DNA of 38,471 bases from an uncultured bacterium (lineage in GTDB: Bacteria; DYJV01): the NCBI GenBank assembly GCA_964543655.1, contig CAZIZE010000072.1, positions 1 to 38,471 of the forward strand, read 5' to 3'. Shown here one piece after another: positions 28,592 through 35,712 of the stretch (its first letter is position 1; every line of letters starts with the position of its first letter). The notes below the pieces were generated by a model. It worked only from the letters and a program-made list of their open reading frames with translations, ran no database searches and had not been told where the DNA came from. The position numbers and the translations under genes were made by a program.

Positions 28592-29407
28592 TTACTTTAA
28601 GGATGTTTTAGCGTTAATGGATTTTATTGCTTCATCCACAAGATACCTTGCAATGCTTGCTTCAGGTGGTAAAATAGGTAAGTTGCTAATATCAAACCAT
28701 TTTGCTTCTTCAAGCTCTAATGAGTCTATTTTTATTTCACCTTTTTTATAATCAGCATGAAAACCTATCATAAGCTGGTATGGAAAAGGCCAGAATTGAG
28801 AGGCAATATATTGTAAATTAGTAATTTCAAGAGCAGTTTCCTCAAAAACTTCTCTTATAACTGCTTCTTCTGCTGTTTCTCCATACTCTATGAATCCGGC
28901 AACTATACCATATCTATTTGCTTTCCATTCTTTCTTTCTTGTTAGTAATATCTTATTTTCTTTTTTTATTGCAACAATAACAGCAGGATTTAATTTTGGA
29001 AAATATAAAGTATTACAATTTTCGCAAAATTTAGCAGATTCTTTGTTATGATAAAGGAGATTTTTACCACATAAGCTGCAAAACTGAGTGGCTTTATCCC
29101 ATTCATTTACTGACTTTGCAACACCAGCTATAAATCTTTCTTTCTCAGAAATTTTTTGACTAATAATATTGTGGTAATTGTTTTCATTACTTGGAATGTT
29201 ACTTTTTTCTATTACAAAAAAATTTTTTCCTCTTGAAAAACCAAAGGATAAAAGTTTTTCATTATAATTTTCTTGAAATCTATCAACTTTAAAACTGTAT
29301 TTATGAATAGTTATTAGAAAATCTCCTTTTTCTGGTTTTTTTAATGTAAGAGCAAAATGAAATTCTTTAAAAGTAGCTCTTGAAAAAGGTAGCATAATAT
29401 TGAGCAT
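28592..29407 (-). CDS. nudC: NAD(H) diphosphatase
   Basis: FCSLCG...CENC Zn ribbon; Nudix box GFIEYGETAEEAVIREVFEE; SQFWPFP. Confidence 0.9.
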   Translation of the reverse strand: MLNIMLPFSRATFKEFHFALTLKKPEKGDFLITIHKYSFKVDRFQENYNEKLLSFGFSRGKNFFVIEKSNIPSNENNYHNIISQKISEKERFIAGVAKSVNEWDKATQFCSLCGKNLLYHNKESAKFCENCNTLYFPKLNPAVIVAIKKENKILLTRKKEWKANRYGIVAGFIEYGETAEEAVIREVFEETALEITNLQYIASQFWPFPYQLMIGFHADYKKGEIKIDSLELEEAKWFDISNLPILPPEASIARYLVDEAIKSINAKTSLK

Positions 29408-29525
29408 AAATAATATTATATTGTGCTTTTAGATTTGTCAACAATTATAATAAAAAACTTAAACTTGCTTTTTTATAATTTTTATATTAAAGATTATTAA
29501 TAATTGTTTATTTTAGGAGGTACCT

Positions 29526-30350
29526 ATGAAAAAGGTTGTTGGAATCTCATTTTCGCCACGAAAGCTTGGAAATTGTGAGATAGCTATTAAAGAGATAGTT
29601 AATAATATTCCAGAAGATTTGGATTTTGAATTTATTCAAATGAGTAAATTCAATATTAAACAGTGTATTGCCTGCTATAAATGCCTTTTTGAAGGAAGTA
29701 AATGCAAACTTGATGATGATTTTTATGAAGTATTTAATAAAATTATAGAAGCTGATGGGTTAATTTTAGCAGTGCCAAGTTATTTTTTAGGCCCTAACAG
29801 TAGTTTTAAAGTCTTTATAGACAGATTTTTAATTTCATATAATTATTATAAACAGCTTTACATGAAGCCAACTATTTTAATTACACTTGCAGGAGTAAAG
29901 CCAAGTGGTGAAGGTTATGTTGATCTTGCTCTTAAAACAACAGCAAGAGCATTAAACCTTGATGTTAAAGGCTCTGCTGTATTATATGGTGCATTACCTG
30001 GTGAAGTATTGCTGGATGATGATAATATAGAGACTTTGAAAAGACTTGCTAAAAACTTGTTTGGTGAAAAGGAGAAAATTATTGAAGAGCATGGAAATGT
30101 TTGCTCTATTTGTGGAAGCAATTATTTTGAATTTTTAGAAAATAATTTTGTTAAATGTATTGTTTGCAAAAATAAAGGTAGAATTGTAATTGAAGATAAT
30201 AAATTGAACATTTATATGGAGCAAACTGGAGAGCCTTTTTATGGTACAAAAGAAGCTAATATAAAGCATAAACAATGGTTAATGAATATGAAAGAGAGAT
30301 TTATTTCTGAAAGAAAGAAATTAAAAGAAATAACAAAAAAATATCTCTAA
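29526..30350 (+). CDS. Flavodoxin-family iron-sulfur flavoprotein with C-terminal Zn-ribbon-like motif
   Basis: SPRKLGN, CIACYKC...C..DDD, ADG..P.Y, FIDR; CSIC...CIVC. Confidence 0.8.
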   Translation: MKKVVGISFSPRKLGNCEIAIKEIVNNIPEDLDFEFIQMSKFNIKQCIACYKCLFEGSKCKLDDDFYEVFNKIIEADGLILAVPSYFLGPNSSFKVFIDRFLISYNYYKQLYMKPTILITLAGVKPSGEGYVDLALKTTARALNLDVKGSAVLYGALPGEVLLDDDNIETLKRLAKNLFGEKEKIIEEHGNVCSICGSNYFEFLENNFVKCIVCKNKGRIVIEDNKLNIYMEQTGEPFYGTKEANIKHKQWLMNMKERFISERKKLKEITKKYL

Positions 30351-31462
30351 TGATAGCATGTTATTTGAATCTTTTTAGTGGTGTAAGTGGTGATATGCTC
30401 CTTTCTGCATTTCTTGATGCAGGGTTACCACTTAAATTTATAACTGATAATATAAAGAAAATATTAAATGAGAAAGAGTTTCAAATAGATGTTATTCCTT
30501 TCCAGTCCTACGGTTTAACAGGTAAACAGATAAATATTTGGGAAAAACCTATAAAATGTAGAAATCTTGTTGAAATTAAAAAATTAGTAAATAATTCAAA
30601 ATTGTCTGAAAATATCAAAAAAATTACAATTAAGACTTTTGAAATTTTAGGCTCTGCTGAGGCTAAAATTCATAATATTCCTCTTGAAAATGTACATTTT
30701 CATGAAATAGGGGCAGTTGATACAATTATTGATATTGTTGGAGTTGTTTCTGCTATAGAGTATTTTAAAATAGAGAAGATTTTCATTTCCTCTATACCTG
30801 TTGGCGAAGGGGAAATAGATTGCCAGCATGGAAAATATCCAAATCCAGCACCTGCTACTGTTGAAATTTTACGAACATTTAAAGTAGAAAAAATCCCTGT
30901 TAAAGCAGAAATAACAACACCTACAGGTGTTGCAATTTTAAAAGGAATAGGAGCTATACAAACAGATTCTTTTTCTTTTAAAATAAGTAAAACAGGATAT
31001 GGCTTTGGAAAGAAGAGAATTGAGAATAGACCAAATTGTTTGCAGGTTATAATTGGTGAATTAGTTAATGAAATTTTTGAAAATTCTTATATTTATGAAA
31101 TAGAGTTTAATATTGATGATATGACAGGTGAGCAGATAGGCTACTTTATTGAAAATATTTTTAAATTTAACATTGTTGATATTCAATGCATATCCACAAT
31201 TACAAAAAAAAATAGACCTGGGTATATTTTTAAAATTTTAAGCAAAGAACTTGATTTTAATTTAATAAAATTTATATTTCAATATAGCACAACTTCTGGC
31301 ATTAGATATTCGAAGAGAGAGAGAATAATTCTGGAGAGATTTTTTAATATAGAAAACCTAAATGGAAAATCTGTTAAAAATAAAATTTATAAAAGCAGCA
31401 TTCTTGATATTACAAAGAGTAAATTAGAATTTGACGATGTTATAAAGAAGGGCTCAAAGTAG
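30350..31462 (+). CDS. larC: LarC-family nickel insertion protein
   Basis: SGVSGDM, AEAKIH, VHFHEIGAVD, PAPAT, TPTG, NIDDMTGE, KKNRPG. Confidence 0.88.
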   Translation: MIACYLNLFSGVSGDMLLSAFLDAGLPLKFITDNIKKILNEKEFQIDVIPFQSYGLTGKQINIWEKPIKCRNLVEIKKLVNNSKLSENIKKITIKTFEILGSAEAKIHNIPLENVHFHEIGAVDTIIDIVGVVSAIEYFKIEKIFISSIPVGEGEIDCQHGKYPNPAPATVEILRTFKVEKIPVKAEITTPTGVAILKGIGAIQTDSFSFKISKTGYGFGKKRIENRPNCLQVIIGELVNEIFENSYIYEIEFNIDDMTGEQIGYFIENIFKFNIVDIQCISTITKKNRPGYIFKILSKELDFNLIKFIFQYSTTSGIRYSKRERIILERFFNIENLNGKSVKNKIYKSSILDITKSKLEFDDVIKKGSK

Positions 31463-31467
31463 AGCCC
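31450..31467. terminator. Hairpin between convergent larC and PxxKW genes; probable terminator of the minus-strand transcript
   Basis: GGGCTC-aaagta-GAGCCC; followed on the minus strand by TTCTTT. Confidence 0.55.
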
Positions 31468-31473
31468 AAAAAT

Positions 31474-31758
31474 TTATCTTCTGCCAGCTCCTCTTTTTGA
31501 TGCTTTAAGAGGGTTAATTCTTTTACTTTCTTCAACAAATTCAGGCTTTTTATGAGTAGCAAAATTACAAAGTCCAAGTCTCCATTTAATAGCTGGCTCT
31601 GGGAAAACTTTACAATATTTCACTCCATTAAATTCCTCAATTCTTTCACAGCCATTACACTCATCAACAATTGGTTTACATGCTCCATCTTTATATTTGC
31701 AGCCTTTTGGTGTCATAAATTTGCATTCTTTTTCAGGTTTAACTGTAGTGCAAACCAT
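31474..31758 (-). CDS. PxxKW-family cysteine-rich protein
   Basis: Eight Cys; PAIKW; CNFATH; INPLKASKR; AAGGAG SD. Confidence 0.85.
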   Translation of the reverse strand: MVCTTVKPEKECKFMTPKGCKYKDGACKPIVDECNGCERIEEFNGVKYCKVFPEPAIKWRLGLCNFATHKKPEFVEESKRINPLKASKRGAGRR

Positions 31759-31816
31759 TTTACTCTCCTTTTAAATTAATTTGAGGTGTGCTTTTAGCAG
31801 AAAAGTATCAGGTTTG

Positions 31817-32566
31817 TCAAATAATTTTTATATTTAACTGTTCAAATTTGTTAAAAACTTGATATTTGCTTATTTCAACAACAATTAAAGAAGCAACAAA
31901 AGAAGAAACAACTATCATTGTAATAATTATAACCTGATAAATTGCTGCTTTTACAGGATTTGCTCCACCTAAAATCATACCTGCCATTAGACCAGGAATC
32001 CAGACAAGACCCAATGATTTCATATTGTTAATTTTGGGAAGCATTGCCACTTTAACACAAGGTTTTTTTATTTTATTAAATGCATATTTTCCAGGTAAAC
32101 CAAGGCTAAGCATTGTTTCAATTAGCAATTTTTTATCTTTGAGCTCTCCTTTTAATCTGTCAAACGCAAGTGACACACTATTCATTGCATTGCCAATTAC
32201 CATTCCTCCAAGTGGAAGCACTATTTGGGCTTTATTATCTATGGCTTTTGCAACAATCATTATTAACAATATGGAGAAAGATGAAGTATAAATTGATAAC
32301 ATTGTAATAAAAAAGGATTTTTTTAGAAACTTTCCATGCGGATATGCAGTAAGGGTGCCGAAAAAAGCCATAATAATAAGGGCAATGAATGTGAAAAAAT
32401 TAGATAGTTGAAATAGTTTGAGAATTATAAAAGATAAAATAATTACCTGGACCAATGCCCTTATGAAGCCAATTATTATATCTTTCTCAAGATTCAGCTT
32501 TAAATAATATGCCACAGAAAAAGTGGCTAAGATTAATATAGCACATACAAGCAAAGGATATATCAT
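31817..32566 (-). CDS. fetB: FetB/UPF0014-family ABC permease
   Basis: RALVQ, GMVIGNAMN, GLVWIPGLMAGMILGGANP..A..YQ. Confidence 0.82.
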   Translation of the reverse strand: MIYPLLVCAILILATFSVAYYLKLNLEKDIIIGFIRALVQVIILSFIILKLFQLSNFFTFIALIIMAFFGTLTAYPHGKFLKKSFFITMLSIYTSSFSILLIMIVAKAIDNKAQIVLPLGGMVIGNAMNSVSLAFDRLKGELKDKKLLIETMLSLGLPGKYAFNKIKKPCVKVAMLPKINNMKSLGLVWIPGLMAGMILGGANPVKAAIYQVIIITMIVVSSFVASLIVVEISKYQVFNKFEQLNIKII

Positions 32567-32575
32567 TAAAACTCC

Positions 32576-33208
32576 TTAAAAATTTTGCAAACTGCCTTTT
32601 TTTAACAAATACTTTCTATTTGCAATTATATTTCCAAATTTTAAATTATGTGTTACCACAATAAAAGAAATTTGAAATTTACTATTTAATTTTTTAATTA
32701 TTTCTATTAAAATTTCAATATTTTCTTCATCAAGAGAGCTTGTTGGCTCATCTAATAAAATGATTTCAGGTTTATTAATTATGCCTCTTAAAATTGATAT
32801 TCTCTGCTGTTGACCAATTGATAGGTTATTCATTGATTTATTTAATATATTTTCATTTAATTTAAATTCATGCAAAAGATGAGCAACATCTTCTTTTTTT
32901 ATTTCTGGGTTAATTATTTTAAATTCATTAAAAACATTTTCTGAGATAGCAATTGGTACCTGCGGTATAAAACAAATTTTTTTCCTAAGATTGGAAGGAT
33001 TATAGGAATAAATATCTTTACCATTAAAAAATATTTTACCTTTTGTTGGTGGAATTAATGCATTTAATAACTTTAAAAAAGTAGATTTGCCACTACCTGA
33101 CTCACCTATGATAACTATAATATCACCTTTATTAACAGATAGATTTATGTTATTTAAAATAATATTCTCATTATATTTAAATGTAATATTTGACACCTGC
33201 AATAACAT
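32576..33208 (-). CDS. fetA: ABC ATP-binding protein (FetA-like)
   Basis: GESGSGKST, LSIGQQQR, LLDEPTSSLD, VTH; directly upstream of fetB. Confidence 0.78.
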   Translation of the reverse strand: MLLQVSNITFKYNENIILNNINLSVNKGDIIVIIGESGSGKSTFLKLLNALIPPTKGKIFFNGKDIYSYNPSNLRKKICFIPQVPIAISENVFNEFKIINPEIKKEDVAHLLHEFKLNENILNKSMNNLSIGQQQRISILRGIINKPEIILLDEPTSSLDEENIEILIEIIKKLNSKFQISFIVVTHNLKFGNIIANRKYLLKKGSLQNF

Positions 33209-33227
33209 AAAATGAGGATAGCAAAAT

Positions 33228-33992
33228 ATGATAATAAGTGCAAGTAGAAGAACAGATATACCTGCTTTTTTTGGTAAAAATTTTTTTGATTCACTGATTA
33301 ATGGAACATTTAAAATAGTTAATCCATTTAATAGAAAAGTTAGCTATTTAACATTTCAACAAAGTGATATTGATGGAATAGTTTTTTGGAGTAAAAATCC
33401 AAAGCCTTTTTTCCCATATTTAAGAGAGATAAAAGATAGAGGTTTTCAATTTTATTTCCAGTTTACTTTAAACAATTATCCTGAAAAAATTGAGCCATAT
33501 TTGGCAAATATAAAGGAGAGAATAGATATATTCAATGAATTAGCTACAATTATAAAACCTTACAAAATTATCTGGAGATATGATCCTATAATTTTAAGTT
33601 CAAATTTTAATAAAGATTTTCATAAAGAGAACTTTGAAATGATTCTCTCTCAGATAAATGAAAATACATATAAAATAACAGTTTCAATAGTGACGATGTA
33701 TAGAAAAATAAAAAAATTTTTCCCAAATATTGAAAAAAATAAAAAACAGGAAGAAGCCATTATAAAAGAGCTTAATTTAATTGCTAAAAATTATGGAAAA
33801 ATTGTTACCACATGCTGCTACAAAGTGGCTGGAATAGAATCTGCAAAATGTGTTGATGGAAAAATTTTTAACCCAAAGTTAGCAGTAAAAAAGCATTATG
33901 GTCAGAGGGCTCAATGCAGATGCGATAAAAGCGTCGACATTGGAGAGTATGGAACGTGCAAGTATCGATGCTTATACTGCTATGCAAGATAA
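33228..33992 (+). CDS. DUF1848-family protein
   Basis: MIISASRRTDIPAF, VFWSKNP, WRYDPI, DIGEYGTC...CLYCYA. Confidence 0.85.
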   Translation: MIISASRRTDIPAFFGKNFFDSLINGTFKIVNPFNRKVSYLTFQQSDIDGIVFWSKNPKPFFPYLREIKDRGFQFYFQFTLNNYPEKIEPYLANIKERIDIFNELATIIKPYKIIWRYDPIILSSNFNKDFHKENFEMILSQINENTYKITVSIVTMYRKIKKFFPNIEKNKKQEEAIIKELNLIAKNYGKIVTTCCYKVAGIESAKCVDGKIFNPKLAVKKHYGQRAQCRCDKSVDIGEYGTCKYRCLYCYAR

Positions 33993-34753
33993 TCAAGCTC
34001 TGATATATTCAAATCTTTTCTTATTCCAAAACGGGTTAAAACAAAATCGTATTTAACTGGATCTTCAGGAGTAATTTCCCTAAAATTATTAGTAATCTCA
34101 ATAGCTGTTTTTAAAGTTGCATTTTTATTGGTTGTAAATTTTAACATATTTGAAATATTTAGCATATGTGTGTCAACAGGTACTATTAAGCAAGATGAAG
34201 GAATTTTATCCCAGATTCCTATGTCAACATTATCATTCCTGATTAACCATCTTAGAAATAAAAATAACCTTTTACATGCACTTCCTTTACTAACATCTGG
34301 GATAAGGGTAGGGGATTGTTTAAAGTATTTTGAAAAAACTTTTAAAGTATCAATTATATTAGTATTGTTTTCATTATAAATACCAAAAAAAAAGTCAAAT
34401 AAAGAATCATAAGACTCATAAATCCTTTTTAAAGCAATTAGTAGGTTTGATATTTCTTCACCAGTAGTAAATCTATGCTTAAAATCCTTAAAATCTTTTT
34501 TTATTTTTGCTTCTGGTGCAGAAAGAATGTAGATATAAGGATTTTTCATAGTTAATGTAACTTTTTTTATATTTTTTAAAATAGTTGTAACATTCCCATA
34601 AGCAAGAGATGAAGCAATTAAAGCTATAATTTCAATATCAGCTTTTTCTCTATATTTGTATAAAAATTGCAGTGGATCAGGTGAAATAAATTCCTGTTTA
34701 TTATATTTTTTGTATAGCTCTTCAAGGTATGTTTTTAATTTTTTTTTATCCAT
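33980..34753 (-). CDS. TIGR02757 / DUF2400-family protein
   Basis: DPLQF, LAYGN, SACKR..LFLRW..R, D.G.W, PVDTH, DPVKYDF. Confidence 0.85.
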   Translation of the reverse strand: MDKKKLKTYLEELYKKYNKQEFISPDPLQFLYKYREKADIEIIALIASSLAYGNVTTILKNIKKVTLTMKNPYIYILSAPEAKIKKDFKDFKHRFTTGEEISNLLIALKRIYESYDSLFDFFFGIYNENNTNIIDTLKVFSKYFKQSPTLIPDVSKGSACKRLFLFLRWLIRNDNVDIGIWDKIPSSCLIVPVDTHMLNISNMLKFTTNKNATLKTAIEITNNFREITPEDPVKYDFVLTRFGIRKDLNISELDYLA

Positions 34754-34762
34754 TATAAAGTG

Positions 34763-34965
34763 TGAAAGCTTTGCGCAATAAAAAATAGCAAAATTTTACA
34801 AAATAAATATATATGTAAAAACAGACAGTTATAATGGATTCTTCGCTTTGCTCAGAATGACTTTTTTGGGTCATTCTGAATGAGCGTAGCAACTGAAGAA
34901 TCCATAAGTTATTATTATAAATAAAAATTTTAGCATATCACTAAAGACACTGTGCAAAGGTCTTT
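34763..34965. mobile_element. MITE-like repeat family B, copy 2
   Basis: Ends TGAAAGCTTTGCGCA / TGTGCAAAGGTCTTT; inverted REP pair 34834-34905; colinear with 296-511. Confidence 0.8.
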
Positions 34966-34971
34966 AATTGT

Positions 34972-35029
34972 TGTTATTAAAGTGTTTTCCAACGTTGAAC
35001 TATGAACCTTGAACCGTAAACTTATATTA
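34972..35029 (-). repeat. Repeat family C (heptamer array), copy 2
   Basis: AACGTTG AACTATG AACCTTG AACCGTA AACTTAT (34991-35025); inverted homologue of 28390-28447. Confidence 0.8.
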
Positions 35030-35060
35030 CCCCTCAAAAGAGGGGGGAGGGGTCATGAGT

Positions 35061-35636
35061 TTACCAGTTTTCAGCAACAAGCTGAAAATGATCTCTTTTG
35101 TGAGCACATGCTGGACAAACATCAGGTGCTTCACTACCAGTGTGAATATATCCACAGTTTCTACATTGCCAAACAACTTCTGAGTCTTTTTTAAATACTT
35201 TATTATTTTCAATATTTTCAGCAAGCGCTTTATATCTTTTTTCATGAAATTTTTCTGCAACAGCTATTGATTCAAAAATTTTTGCAATATGCTCAAAGCC
35301 TTCTTCTCTTGCAATTTTTGCAAATTCTGGATACATAACTGTATATTCATGATTTTCACCACCTGCTGCTTCTTTTAAATTTTCAAGTGTTGAACCAATA
35401 ACACCTGCTGGAAAACTTGCCTGAATTTCTACTTCACCACCTTCAAGTAATTTAAATAATCGTTTAGCATGCTCTTTTTCCTGATTGGCAGTTTCTTCAA
35501 ATATTGCAGCTATTTGAACATAACCCTCTTTCTTAGCTTTAGATGCAAAATATGTGTATCTGTTCCTTGCCTGAGATTCACCAGCAAAAGCTGTTAAAAT
35601 ATTTTTTTCTGTTTTTGTACCTTTTAATGAAGCCAT
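35061..35636 (-). CDS. rbr: Rubrerythrin
   Basis: AFAGESQARNRY, EKEHA, GENHE..MYP, AEKFH; rubredoxin-like CRNCG...CPACAH. Confidence 0.95.
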   Translation of the reverse strand: MASLKGTKTEKNILTAFAGESQARNRYTYFASKAKKEGYVQIAAIFEETANQEKEHAKRLFKLLEGGEVEIQASFPAGVIGSTLENLKEAAGGENHEYTVMYPEFAKIAREEGFEHIAKIFESIAVAEKFHEKRYKALAENIENNKVFKKDSEVVWQCRNCGYIHTGSEAPDVCPACAHKRDHFQLVAENW

Positions 35637-35654
35637 AAAACCTCCTTCTATTTT

Positions 35655-35675
35655 TATTAATAATAATTACTAATA
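35655..35675. promoter_or_regulatory. Candidate PerR/Fur-family operator upstream of rubrerythrin
   Basis: 10-1-10 palindrome TATTAATAAT-A-ATTACTAATA (one mismatch) between a minus-strand TTGACT (35695-35690) and the SD. Confidence 0.5.
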
Positions 35676-35712
35676 CGAAATAAGAAAAAAGTCAATAGAA
35701 AATTACCTGCTT

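Noticed and set aside
35029-35054. G/C hairpin downstream of rubrerythrin as an intrinsic terminator
   Set aside because: Stem CCCCTC-TTTT-GAGGGG is present on the minus strand but has no U-tract; left uncalled
35009-35260. Short ORFs 35009-35194 (+) and 35027-35260 (-)
   Set aside because: They overlap rubrerythrin in other frames; no motifs
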